Positions 33,629 to 42,926 of a DNA stretch of 64,000 nucleotides are shown one piece after another. Every line of letters begins with the position of its first letter. The first letter of the stretch is position 1. This DNA comes from Thermoanaerobaculia bacterium (lineage in GTDB: Bacteria > Acidobacteriota > Thermoanaerobaculia > Multivoradales > UBA5704). The position numbers were made by a program, and so were the translations under genes. Where the stretch lies: NCBI GenBank assembly GCA_035536935.1, contig DATLNC010000183.1, positions 188 to 64,187 of the forward strand, written 5' to 3'. The notes below the pieces were generated by a model that saw nothing but the letters and a program-made list of their open reading frames with translations, searched no databases and was not told the DNA's origin.

Positions 33629-34795
33629 TCACTTGGGGGAGAGCCAGTCTCCGATGAAGACTGCGTAGCGCGACTCGATGACCCTGGCGAGCGAGGAGTT
33701 CTTGTGCACGGCCAGCACGGCGAGCTCGCCGACGACGATCGGCGGCAGCCCGTCGCGGTTCTTCCGGTAGATGGTGTACATGTCGCCCGGGGTGACCTCG
33801 GCGTCCTCCCCGCGGTCGATGTAGACCACGTGGTCCTCGGCGATCGAGACCAGGTCATCCTGGGTGAAGAGGATGACGGGATTGTCCCGCAGGTCCTCCT
33901 CGGGCTCCGGGTAGTTGACCGGGCGCAGGGCGCCGATGCGGCCCAGGGGCACCGGCTCGGGCTCGAAGGTGCGGAGCTGCTGCCCCACCAGGATCGGATC
34001 GCAGGAGTGGACGATCTCGCCGATGGCGGTCTCTTCCTGGACCGAGAGCACCCGGATGCGGCCGAGGTAGTGGTAGAAGCGGCCCGTGACCTGCTTGGTG
34101 ACAGGGTGGATGACCTGCCGCTGCGGCTGGATGACGGTGAACAGGGCGCCGGGGCTCATGCCCTCCGCGCGGCCGCCGTCGAGGTAGACGATGTCCCCGG
34201 TCGACAGGTTGTACTTGGCCGTGCCCGGCCGGCCGTACTTGCCGCGGAAGCCGTAGCTCGGGAGCTTGTCGAGGTCGGGGCCGATGGACTCGTACTCCGA
34301 GCCGATGATCGTGTGCTCGAACTTCTCGTCGAGGTCGCCGATGAAGCCCGAGCAGTAGATGTCGCTCTCGCCGCCGAGTGGGACCGGGTCGCCGGCCGCC
34401 TGATCCGAGGTCAGCACGTCGCCGTCGGGCGTGCCGTCGTCTTCGGGCTCGGCTTCCCCGCCTTCTTCCGCTAGGGTGTCCACGGGCGCCACCTCCGGGC
34501 CGAGCACCAGCGGATCGCCCGGATAGATCCAGTGGGCGTCCAGGATGTACTGGTTCCTCTCCCAGATCTGCGGCCACAGGTAGGGGTCGCCGTGGAAGCG
34601 GGCCGCGAGATCCCAGAGGGTATCGCCGCGCTCGATCACGTGGACCTGGCTCCCCGCAGCCGGCTGCGGCGGATTCCAGGCGGTCCAGTGACCGTCCACG
34701 AGGTGGAGGTCTTGCGGCGGACGATCCGCGGCCGCAAGAGATTGAGTAACGAGTAAAACGCCAGCTACGACGAGACCGGCAAGCCGCACTCTCAT
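33629..34795 (-). CDS. LysM-domain peptidoglycan-binding protein
   Basis: GGAGG RBS. Signal peptide MRVRLAGLVVAGVLLVTQSLAAA. LysM motif HVIERGDTLWDLAARFHGDPYLWPQIWERN. Confidence 0.85.
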   Translation of the reverse strand: MRVRLAGLVVAGVLLVTQSLAAADRPPQDLHLVDGHWTAWNPPQPAAGSQVHVIERGDTLWDLAARFHGDPYLWPQIWERNQYILDAHWIYPGDPLVLGPEVAPVDTLAEEGGEAEPEDDGTPDGDVLTSDQAAGDPVPLGGESDIYCSGFIGDLDEKFEHTIIGSEYESIGPDLDKLPSYGFRGKYGRPGTAKYNLSTGDIVYLDGGRAEGMSPGALFTVIQPQRQVIHPVTKQVTGRFYHYLGRIRVLSVQEETAIGEIVHSCDPILVGQQLRTFEPEPVPLGRIGALRPVNYPEPEEDLRDNPVILFTQDDLVSIAEDHVVYIDRGEDAEVTPGDMYTIYRKNRDGLPPIVVGELAVLAVHKNSSLARVIESRYAVFIGDWLSPK

Positions 34796-34918
34796 GAAGG
34801 CCTCCTGAGCGCCAGGGAGGAAAGGCATAGTGAATTCGCTATGCCCTAAGCTACAGTGCCTTGCTGCGGCTGTCAAGTTTACCGCAAGAAGGTTGAAGTT
34901 GTTCTTGAGAGATTTGAT

Positions 34919-34973
34919 CCCATCCCCTCTCTCCCCAACCCTCTCCCCCGCCTGCGCGGGGAAGAGGGAGCCG
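34919..34973. repeat. REP-like hairpin/G4 element R4
   Basis: CCCCTCTCTCCCCAACCCTCTCCCCC-GCCTGCGC-GGGGAAGAGGGAGCC. Confidence 0.85.
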
Positions 34974-34986
34974 GAAATGAGGGCTC

Positions 34987-36006
34987 TTATGGGAGGCTCG
35001 AACGCCGCTCGTCAGCCACGTCGGCGGCCGCGGTACCCGGGAACAGCCGGATGACCTCGGCGTAGGTGGTGCGGGCGCCGTCGATGTCATCCAGGGCTTC
35101 GAGGCACTGCCCGATCTTGAGCATGGCGTCGGGCAGCTTGTTGCCCTCCGGAAAGCGCGAGACCGTTTCGCGGAAGGCGGCCAGGGCTCCCCGCAGGTCG
35201 CCGCGGGCGTAGCGGCACTCGCCGATCCAGTACGAGGCGTTGTCGGCGAGCTCGCTCTTGGGGTTTCCCTGGAGAAAGCGCTGGAAGCTGGTCTCGGCGT
35301 CCACGAAATGGCCCTGGTGGTAGAGCGTGTAGCCGCGGTCGTACAGGGCCTGGGAGGCGGGCGCGAGCACCTCTTCGGTGCCCGGGTCCGGGTCGGCCGG
35401 CTTGGTGGCCGGGGCCGGCGTGGTGGCCGGGGGCTTGACCGGCGGTTTGACCGGCGGTGGTGTTGCCGGACGGGTCTGGGGCCGGGCCGGGGGCGAGTCG
35501 GGAACGTCGATGTCCGCCTCCTCGATCGGCTCCTCAGGCGCCCTCGGCAGGTCCTCGGACGGAGCAGGACGGGCCGGTTCGGTCGTTCTTGGAATGGTAG
35601 TGCTCGGGGCTGGAGTGGGCCGGGGAGGCGCCGTGGTGGTGGTCCGCGGGGTTGCCGGAGGCGTGGCCACCGGCTGCCGGGGCTGGGGTTCAACAATCCT
35701 CGGCGGCGTCTGGCGGGGGGGCGTGACCGACGCCTGGGTGCCCGTCGCGCGGGGAGCCTGCGTGATGGTGGAAGGCCGGGTGCCGGCCGGGCGGCCCACG
35801 GTCTCGACCACCTGCTGGCCCGCCTGCTGGCGGAGCCGGGCGATCTCGACTTCGTCCATGGCCGCCTGGCGCTGCAACTCGACGACTTGGGCGCGCAAGC
35901 GTTGGATCTCCTGCTCCAGGCCCGAGGTGTCGGGCCGCAGAGGAGTGCCGGCGCAGCCGGCCAGGATCAGAAGGCAGAGGGTCGCCAGGGTCGCGCGATG
36001 CATCAT
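34987..36006 (-). CDS. cpoB: Tol-Pal system protein CpoB/YbgF
   Basis: Lipobox-like LILAGC, coiled coil, Pro/Thr linker. C-terminal TPR region YDRGYTLYHQGHF...ASYWIGECRY...MLKIGQC. ATGA overlap with bamD. Confidence 0.85.
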   Translation of the reverse strand: MMHRATLATLCLLILAGCAGTPLRPDTSGLEQEIQRLRAQVVELQRQAAMDEVEIARLRQQAGQQVVETVGRPAGTRPSTITQAPRATGTQASVTPPRQTPPRIVEPQPRQPVATPPATPRTTTTAPPRPTPAPSTTIPRTTEPARPAPSEDLPRAPEEPIEEADIDVPDSPPARPQTRPATPPPVKPPVKPPATTPAPATKPADPDPGTEEVLAPASQALYDRGYTLYHQGHFVDAETSFQRFLQGNPKSELADNASYWIGECRYARGDLRGALAAFRETVSRFPEGNKLPDAMLKIGQCLEALDDIDGARTTYAEVIRLFPGTAAADVADERRSSLP

Positions 36007-36764
36007 GTCTGCGCTCTCCGTTGCGGAATCTCCGCGAGGAAGGGACTTTGAGGGAACTCGGTCCGGAGCCGGTCGAAGGTCTTGTCCGCGTCCTCTTTCT
36101 TGCCCATCAGGTCGTAGGCGAGGCCGAGGTTGTAGATGACTTTGTCCCGGTTCGGGTACTGCGGGTAGTCGCTGAGCAGGACCTCGAAGCGCTGCACCGC
36201 CCCGGCGCCGATGCCGTAGCGGAGGTAGAACCGGCCGATCGCGAACTCGTGCTCGGCGAGGTTGTTCTCCACCAGGGCGATCTGTTCCTGGGCCTGGGCC
36301 GCGTACTCGCTCGTGGGATAGATCCGCATCAGCTCGCGGTAGGCGTCCAGCGCCTTGCGGGTGACGGTCTGGTCGCGGTCCGGCTTTTCCATCCGCTTGG
36401 CCAGGCTGTTGGCGATCTGGAACTGTACGTAGGGCGCCTGCTCGCTGGTGGGAAACCGGTTCAGGAAGTCGCGGTACTTGGCTTCCGCCTGCACATAGTT
36501 CGTGGTGCCCCCCTCCTGGTAGTAGGTGTCGGCAGCCAGGAGCAGGCCTTCGCGGCCGATGGCCGAGTTGGGCTCCACCTCGAAAGCGTGCGTGAAGTAG
36601 GGGCGGGCGCGCGCGTACTTCTGTTGCGCGAGCAGCGCCTTGCCCTGGGCCAGGGATTCTTCCGCCGCGAGTTGGAGGAGAGGGTCCTCGGCCCTGCCGC
36701 TGCGACAGCCGGCGAGCGCAGCGAGGAGAAGCAGCGCGGCCAGCACGGGAAAGGTTCGTCTCAT
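36003..36764 (-). CDS. bamD: Outer-membrane protein assembly factor BamD
   Basis: Lipoprotein signal LLLLAALAGC. TPR body ...YYQEGGTTNYVQAEAKYRDFLNRFPTSE... ATGA overlap with rpe. Confidence 0.88.
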   Translation of the reverse strand: MRRTFPVLAALLLLAALAGCRSGRAEDPLLQLAAEESLAQGKALLAQQKYARARPYFTHAFEVEPNSAIGREGLLLAADTYYQEGGTTNYVQAEAKYRDFLNRFPTSEQAPYVQFQIANSLAKRMEKPDRDQTVTRKALDAYRELMRIYPTSEYAAQAQEQIALVENNLAEHEFAIGRFYLRYGIGAGAVQRFEVLLSDYPQYPNRDKVIYNLGLAYDLMGKKEDADKTFDRLRTEFPQSPFLAEIPQRRAQT

Positions 36765-37423
36765 ACGGTCTCCAACCGAGCGCGAATGCGGAGCTCGGAC
36801 ATAATGGCAACCGGGTCGCTCGCCGCGAAGATTCCCGACCCGACGATACAAGTCTCCACCCCGGCCGCGACCACCTGGGCGATGTTACCGCGATCGATGC
36901 CCCCGTCCATGGCGATTTCGACGGAAACGCCGCTCTCGCGGATCATTTCGCGGAGCCGCCGCGCCTTGTCCAGGGCCCGGGGCAGGAAGGCCTGGCCGCC
37001 GAAGCCCGGGTTGACCGACATGAGCAGCACGAAGTCCGTCTGAGGGAGGACGTCTTCCAGGATCTCGACCGACGTGGCCGGGTTGAGGACCACTCCCGCC
37101 TTGGCGCCGCCCTTCCGGATGTGCGTGAGCAGCCGGTCCAGGTGGACCGCGGCCTCCCAGTGCACGGCCACCCGCGCCGAGCCCGCCTCCAGGTAGTCGT
37201 CCATCAGGCGGTCCGGGTTGGAGACCATCAGGTGGACGTCCAGGGGAAGCTCCGTCCGGCGGCGGAGCGCCTTGATGACCGGGATGCCGAAGCTGAGGTT
37301 GGGGACGAAGTGCCCGTCCATCACGTCCACGTGCAGCAGGTCGGCCCCGCCCCGCTCGCAGAGAGCGAGGGCGCCGGCCATGTCGGCCAGGTCCGCGGCG
37401 AGGAGCGACGGCGCCAGCTTCAT
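36761..37423 (-). CDS. rpe: Ribulose-phosphate 3-epimerase
   Basis: SLLAADLA, HVDVMDGHFVPN, MSVNPGFGGQ. Confidence 0.95.
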   Translation of the reverse strand: MKLAPSLLAADLADMAGALALCERGGADLLHVDVMDGHFVPNLSFGIPVIKALRRRTELPLDVHLMVSNPDRLMDDYLEAGSARVAVHWEAAVHLDRLLTHIRKGGAKAGVVLNPATSVEILEDVLPQTDFVLLMSVNPGFGGQAFLPRALDKARRLREMIRESGVSVEIAMDGGIDRGNIAQVVAAGVETCIVGSGIFAASDPVAIMSELRIRARLETV

Positions 37424-38277
37424 GGAAGGCGATTTTCCGAGGGAGCCGCCGGGGGAGTCGGCGCAGGGGTCGGCGACACGGCCGGGGTCGGACTCGGAGC
37501 GGCCGGGTAGGGGAAGCTGTCCGGAGGCGTGGCGCTGTCGAGAGGGGAGTCGGCGGTGGCCACCACGAGCGAGATGTTGTCCTGCCTGGTCACCGCATGG
37601 CCGGGCAGCGGGTACTGGCGGAGGATCACGCCGGCCGCGACTCCCTCGTAACGCTCGTACTTGACGCTGCCGAAGGTGAAGCCGCGCTGCTCGAACAGCG
37701 GGCGGACATTCTCATAATTGCGGTACACGAGCTCGGGCATGATGTAGCGCTCGGCCGGCACGTTCAGCGAGAGAAAAACATGGACCGGCGTCGAAGGCGG
37801 GATGTCCGCGCCCTGTGCGGGGTCCGAGCCCAGGACCGAGCCGGTGGCCAGCGTGGTGCTGAAGGCGCCCAGGAGCCGACCGACGGTCAAGCCGCTGCCG
37901 GAGAGAGCCGCCTGCGCCGCGGGCAGTGTCTTGCCGCCCAGCTCGGGGACCTGGGCGCGTTGCGGTCCCTTCGAGAGCACGACGGTCACGCCGCTCCCCC
38001 GCTTGACCAGGGTGCGCGCGTCCGGGTTCTGCCGGACCACGTGCCCGACCGGGACCTTCTCGCTGTAGCGCCCCTCGTTCTCCACACCGCGCAGCCGCAG
38101 CCCCTGGTCCGCGAGCCGGGCGGCTGCCTCGCCGCGCGCCAGACCTTCGACCACGGGAACCGTGGTGACGCCGCTGCGCACGAACAGGCTGAACGAGGTG
38201 TACGCCGCGAGTCCGAAGACGAGCAGGATGACCAGGCCGTAACCCAGGTAGATCAGTCCCCGCACGATCTTCGACAT
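37420..38277 (-). CDS. Membrane-anchored protein with three PASTA domains
   Basis: An N-terminal TM helix followed by three PASTA-like repeats (VPVVEGL.., VPELGGK.., IMPELV..). Confidence 0.8.
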   Translation of the reverse strand: MSKIVRGLIYLGYGLVILLVFGLAAYTSFSLFVRSGVTTVPVVEGLARGEAAARLADQGLRLRGVENEGRYSEKVPVGHVVRQNPDARTLVKRGSGVTVVLSKGPQRAQVPELGGKTLPAAQAALSGSGLTVGRLLGAFSTTLATGSVLGSDPAQGADIPPSTPVHVFLSLNVPAERYIMPELVYRNYENVRPLFEQRGFTFGSVKYERYEGVAAGVILRQYPLPGHAVTRQDNISLVVATADSPLDSATPPDSFPYPAAPSPTPAVSPTPAPTPPAAPSENRLP

Positions 38278-38314
38278 GGCCGGCAGTCTACCAAAGGCGG
38301 CATAGAATCCCGCC

Positions 38315-39232
38315 ATGCAGGCGCTTCTTCCTCCTCTGGGTACTCACGTCTCGGTCGCCGGAGGCCTGTCGACCGCCTTCGGCCGCGCCGCCGACCTGGG
38401 CTGCGACGCCATGCAGATCTTCGTGAAGAACGCCAGCCAGTGGCGCGGCAAGGAGATGCTCGACGGCGAGATCGCGAGCTTCCGCGAGGCCCATGCCGGC
38501 AGCGGGGTGGGGCCGCTCATGGCTCACGGCAGCTATCTGATCAACCTGGCGGCCACGGACCCGGTGATCCTGGAGAAGTCGCTGGACGCCCTCACCGACG
38601 AGCTGATCCGCTGCTCGCGCCTCGGGGTCGCCGGCCTGGTGCTCCATCCAGGCGCTCATCTCGGGGCAGGGGAGGAGGCCGGAATCGAGAAGGTGGCGGC
38701 CTCGCTCGACGCGGTCCTCGGCGACCTGCCGGACGTCTCGACCCGGGTGCTCCTGGAGAACACGGCCGGCCAGGGGAGCTGCCTGGGCTGGCGTCTGGAG
38801 CAGCTCGCCGCGATCCGCGCTCAGGTGGCCGAGCCCCACCGGGTGGGCTTCTGCCTGGATACCTGCCATGCCTTTGCCGCGGGCTACGCAATCCACGAGG
38901 AGGCCGGCTTCGCCGACTTCCTGACCGAGGTCGAGGAGCGGCTCGGCCTGGCCACCGTGGGCTGCTTCCATATCAACGACTCGGTCCGCCCCTTCGGCTC
39001 CCGCCGCGACCGCCACGCCCACATCGGGGAGGGGGAGATCGGCCTCGCCATGTTCGAGAGGATGCTGACCGAGCCGCGCGTTCATGCGATCCCCATGGTC
39101 GTGGAAACCGATCCCGAGGACGACATGAAAGGCCACCACAGAGACCTGAACGTTCTGCGGGGCCTGGTGGGATTGAAGAAGAGGCGCAGGCGCCGGGTCA
39201 GGGCTGAGACTCCCTCTCCCTCACGCAGGTGA
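38315..39232 (+). CDS. nfo: Endonuclease IV
   Basis: GTHVSVAGG, MQIFVKN, VLHPG, LENTAGQG, DTCHAFAAGY, HINDS. TAGAAT lies 6 nt before the ATG. The last codons run into REP element R5. Confidence 0.92.
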   Translation: MQALLPPLGTHVSVAGGLSTAFGRAADLGCDAMQIFVKNASQWRGKEMLDGEIASFREAHAGSGVGPLMAHGSYLINLAATDPVILEKSLDALTDELIRCSRLGVAGLVLHPGAHLGAGEEAGIEKVAASLDAVLGDLPDVSTRVLLENTAGQGSCLGWRLEQLAAIRAQVAEPHRVGFCLDTCHAFAAGYAIHEEAGFADFLTEVEERLGLATVGCFHINDSVRPFGSRRDRHAHIGEGEIGLAMFERMLTEPRVHAIPMVVETDPEDDMKGHHRDLNVLRGLVGLKKRRRRRVRAETPSPSRR

Positions 39233-39256
39233 GGGAGAGGGCCGGGGAGAGGGAGG
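39209..39256. repeat. REP-like hairpin/G4 element R5
   Basis: ACTCCCTCTCCCTCAC-GCAG-GTGAGGGAGAGGGCCGGGGAGAGGG. It overlaps the nfo stop. Confidence 0.85.
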
Positions 39257-39262
39257 ATGGGA

Positions 39263-39784
39263 TCAATTCACCCAGCGGTCGACGAGCTTGTTGATGACCG
39301 ACTTGGGATAGCTTTTCGTCGGCGACGGCAGATCCTTGATCGCGCTCTCCACCTGCGCCAGCGAATCCTCGACCGAGGCCACCGGGTTGGCGATGAAGCG
39401 GAGACGCTGGCGGCGGTCCACGACGACCACGGCCGGGGCGGCAGGGCGGCCTTCCTCAGGGGCAATTACCCCGTAGGCCGCGGAGAAGTTGCGGTCGTCG
39501 TGCAGCAGCGGGAAGCGGAGCTTGCGCTCGCGCTGCAGCTTGCGGAGGTCGTCGAGAGGGGTCGGCGACACGGCCAGGATGCGGACCTGGAGCTTGACCA
39601 GGGCCTCCCGGCGGGCGTTCAGGGCGTCGAGGTCGCGCAGCACCCGCTCATCGGCGGGATTGGCGAAGAAGTAGATCACCATGGCCGTCCGGGTCACCTC
39701 GTCCTTCAACATCAGGAGGGCGTCCTCCGTCGAGCTCAGGTCAAAGTTCGGCGCTTCGTCGCCGATGGAGATCGGGCCGGGCAT
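39263..39784 (-). CDS. Peroxiredoxin/redoxin-fold protein without any cysteine
   Basis: AhpC/TSA-like layout: GDEAPNFDL, VIYFF, RILAVS, FPLLHD. The TPxC position reads ANPADERV, and the 173 aa contain no Cys. Confidence 0.7.
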   Translation of the reverse strand: MPGPISIGDEAPNFDLSSTEDALLMLKDEVTRTAMVIYFFANPADERVLRDLDALNARREALVKLQVRILAVSPTPLDDLRKLQRERKLRFPLLHDDRNFSAAYGVIAPEEGRPAAPAVVVVDRRQRLRFIANPVASVEDSLAQVESAIKDLPSPTKSYPKSVINKLVDRWVN

Positions 39785-39805
39785 GCTCTCTCCTCTGAAA
39801 AGGGT

Positions 39806-41128
39806 CTAGCCGGGGAACAAGTTTCTCACGAATTCCTTCTTGGACAGGTCGAAGTAGATCACGACGAACATCAGGAGGAGGATCATCACGAACCCGACCT
39901 GGCTGATGATCTCTTTCATGCGCAGGGGGAGATCGCGCCGGATCACCTCCTCGACCAGCAGGATGGAGATCTGCCCACCGTCGAGGATCGGGATGGGCAG
40001 CAGGTTCATCACCGCGATGCTGATGCTGAGCAGGCCCATGATGGAGAGGAGGTACTTCGGGCCCATCTTCGCCGCCTGGGCGGTCTGGTTGGCGATCTCC
40101 AGGGGGCCGGCCAGCGTGCTCCTGGGCGACACCTCGCGCCTGAAGATCTTGCCCAGGATGTAGAAGGTGTCGCGGACGATCTGGATGTTGTACCGCACCG
40201 CCTCGACCACGGCGCGAGCCGGGCCGTAGCGCTGGAACATGCCGATGCCCACGCCGATCTTGCCTACCTTGCCGTCCAGGTCGGGCGTGACCTGAAGGGT
40301 GCGGAGCTGGCCGTCGCGGCTCACCTGGACCTCGGTGGTCATGCCCGGCCGCGATTCGATCGACTTCACGAAGCTCTCGCCGTCGGCGATCGGATGGCCG
40401 GCCACCGCGCGCAGCTCGTCGCCCGCCCGGAAGCCCGCCTTCTCGGCCGGCGTGCCGGGGATGACGCGGGTGACCTGCGGGCGGATGATCGGGTAGAGGC
40501 CGGCGGTGTCGCCGTTGCCGTCCCGGGGATCGGCCTTGGGGGTGACGGTGGCCGTCAGGACCTGCTTCTCGCGCTGGTACTTGATCGGCACCGGCTGCCC
40601 GCCGCGGGTGGTGAGCTCGATGAGCACCTGCATCCAGTTCTTGATCGGCTTGCCGCCGACCTCGAGGATCACGTCGCCCTTCTGAAACTTCGCCTGCGCG
40701 CCGGAGGAGCCGGCCTCGACCACGCCGATGACCGGGGGGATGGAGGTGGGGTTGCCCGCTTCGATGCCCACCATGAAAAGGCCGGCGAAGATCGCGATGG
40801 CCAGGATCACGTTCATGGCCGGGCCGGCCAGGTAGACCAGGATCCTCTGCCAGCGCGGCTTGCTCAGGAACTCGCGCGGATCGTTGCCGGTCGCCTCCTC
40901 GATGTTCTCGCCGCCCAGCCGCACGTACCCGCCCAGCGGGACGGCCGAGACGCGGTACTCGGTCTCGCCGCGCTGCGTGCTCCACAGCTTGCGGCCGAAG
41001 CCGACCGAGAAGGTGAGCACCCGCACGTCGAATGCCTTGGCGACCAGGAGATGGCCGGCCTCGTGCACGATGATGATCACGCCGAGGGCGAAGACGAAGG
41101 AGAGGATCTGGATCAGGACGTTGGTCAT
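39806..41128 (-). CDS. rseP: RIP site-2 metalloprotease RseP (M50)
   Basis: HEAGHLLVAK, PDZ domains, C-terminal LLPIPILDGG. Confidence 0.93.
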   Translation of the reverse strand: MTNVLIQILSFVFALGVIIIVHEAGHLLVAKAFDVRVLTFSVGFGRKLWSTQRGETEYRVSAVPLGGYVRLGGENIEEATGNDPREFLSKPRWQRILVYLAGPAMNVILAIAIFAGLFMVGIEAGNPTSIPPVIGVVEAGSSGAQAKFQKGDVILEVGGKPIKNWMQVLIELTTRGGQPVPIKYQREKQVLTATVTPKADPRDGNGDTAGLYPIIRPQVTRVIPGTPAEKAGFRAGDELRAVAGHPIADGESFVKSIESRPGMTTEVQVSRDGQLRTLQVTPDLDGKVGKIGVGIGMFQRYGPARAVVEAVRYNIQIVRDTFYILGKIFRREVSPRSTLAGPLEIANQTAQAAKMGPKYLLSIMGLLSISIAVMNLLPIPILDGGQISILLVEEVIRRDLPLRMKEIISQVGFVMILLLMFVVIYFDLSKKEFVRNLFPG

Positions 41129-41218
41129 GAACTAAGCCCTTTGCGCGAGAAAATCGCCGAAGACGGTCGATTATATCGAACCTTCTGAACCGCCTCGGCA
41201 TTCCCCCCGCTCGACCCC

Positions 41219-42061
41219 CTATTGGGGAGGCAGGGGGATCGGCACGCCTTCGACCCGCAGCAGCCAGAGCGCCAGGACCAGGACCGGGGCGGCGAACAGC
41301 ATGGCGTCGATCCGGTCCAGGATGCCGCCGTGTCCGGGCAGGACGTTGCCCGAGTCCTTGACGCCCGAGCCGCGCTTGATCATCGATTCCACCAGGTCGC
41401 CGATCTGGGCAGCCGCGGCGGTCAGGGCGGCGGCGGCCAGCAGCTTGGCGTCGATCCGGCCGAGGCGCCACCAGCTCCAGACGGCGGCGGCCAGGATCGA
41501 GGTCACGAACCCGGCGGCCGCCCCCTCCCAGCTCTTCTTCGGGCTGATCACCGGCGCCATCTTGTGCCGGCCCAGCTTCGACCCCACATAGTAGGCCGCG
41601 GTGTCCCCCAGCCAGACGACGGCGAAGAGCAGGAACACGAGCCAGGGGTCCGCCTCCTTCAGGTAGTGCAGGCTGGAGATCAGCAGCGCGAAGTAGAGCA
41701 CGCCGAAACCCAGGATCCCGAAGGAATCCAGTGTCTCGGCGAGCGGAACCCGGGACAGCAGGATCAGGCTGCCCAGGCCCACGGAGAGCAGGACGGCGGC
41801 GGCGAACAGGTGGAGCCGCGGGTCGAGGAGCTCGCCCCCCTCGATCAGCGAGGCGCTCACGGCCACGGCGGCCAGAGGCACGGCGATCAGGAGCGTCTTG
41901 AGGGGAGCGTGGGGCGCCCGGTTGCGGACGATCTGCAGGTACTCGAACGCGGCCCAGTCGACCATGATGGCGACGAAGACGAAGAACCAGGGTCCCGGCA
42001 GCTTGAAGAGAGCCAGGAGGACGAGGGGAGCGAGAATGACTGCGGTGAGGAGCCTCTGCAT
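41219..42061 (-). CDS. cdsA: Phosphatidate cytidylyltransferase
   Basis: Multi-TM protein. C-terminal signature SMIKRGSGVKDSGNVLPGHGGILDRID. Confidence 0.92.
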   Translation of the reverse strand: MQRLLTAVILAPLVLLALFKLPGPWFFVFVAIMVDWAAFEYLQIVRNRAPHAPLKTLLIAVPLAAVAVSASLIEGGELLDPRLHLFAAAVLLSVGLGSLILLSRVPLAETLDSFGILGFGVLYFALLISSLHYLKEADPWLVFLLFAVVWLGDTAAYYVGSKLGRHKMAPVISPKKSWEGAAAGFVTSILAAAVWSWWRLGRIDAKLLAAAALTAAAAQIGDLVESMIKRGSGVKDSGNVLPGHGGILDRIDAMLFAAPVLVLALWLLRVEGVPIPLPPQ

Positions 42062-42071
42062 GAGCCAGGGC

Positions 42072-42914
42072 TCAGGCCGGGCCTCGTCCGGAGGAGAACC
42101 CGGAGGAGAAAAGACCGCCGCCGGCCGCGGCCTCTTCCTGGGACTCTCCCGTGCGGACCGCGCCGTACCGCCGCTCCCGTCCCTGGTAGGCGAGGATGGC
42201 TTCGAACAGGTCGCGCCGGCGGAAGTCCGGCCATAATGTCTGGGTCACCCAGATCTCGGTGTAGGCGATCTGCCAGAGCAGGAAGTTGCTCACCCGCAGC
42301 TCGCCCGAGGTGCGGACGAGCAGGTCCGGATCCGGCTGGCCCGAGGTGTAGAGATAGCGGTTGAGCGTCTCTTCGTCGATGTCGGCGTGCTTGCCTGCGG
42401 CCCAGTCGGCCACGATGCGGCGGCAGGCATCGACGATCTCGCAGCGCCCCGAGTAGTTGAGGGCGATGTTGAAGCTCATCCCCCGGCAATTCCGGGTGGC
42501 TTCGAGGGTGGCCTCGATCTCGCGCACGACGCTCGGGTCGAGCTCCTGCCAGCGGCCGATGGCATGGAACCGGATGTCGTTGTCGACCAGGTTCTGCCGC
42601 TCCTTGCGCACGTACTCCTTGAGCAGGTTCATCAAGGTCCAGACCTCGAAGCGGGGCCGCTTCCAGTTCTCGACCGAGAACGCATAGAGGGTGAGCACGT
42701 CGAGCCCGAGCTGGGCCGAGGACTCCACCGTGTCGCGCACGGCCGCGACGCCCGCCCGGTGCCCTTCGACCCGGGGCAGGTTGCGCGATTTCGCCCACCG
42801 GCCGTTGCCATCCATGATGATGGCGACGTGCCGCGGCAGCCGGGTCAGGTCCATCCGGCGGACGATCAGCTCTTCGGGTGAGCCAGGGGGGGCGAGTTTG
42901 GAAATATCGGCCAT
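42072..42914 (-). CDS. uppS: Undecaprenyl-diphosphate synthase
   Basis: PRHVAIIMDGNGRWA, FSVENWKRP, RTSGELRVSNFLLWQ. Confidence 0.95.
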   Translation of the reverse strand: MADISKLAPPGSPEELIVRRMDLTRLPRHVAIIMDGNGRWAKSRNLPRVEGHRAGVAAVRDTVESSAQLGLDVLTLYAFSVENWKRPRFEVWTLMNLLKEYVRKERQNLVDNDIRFHAIGRWQELDPSVVREIEATLEATRNCRGMSFNIALNYSGRCEIVDACRRIVADWAAGKHADIDEETLNRYLYTSGQPDPDLLVRTSGELRVSNFLLWQIAYTEIWVTQTLWPDFRRRDLFEAILAYQGRERRYGAVRTGESQEEAAAGGGLFSSGFSSGRGPA

Positions 42915-42926
42915 GTCGAAGGTCCC

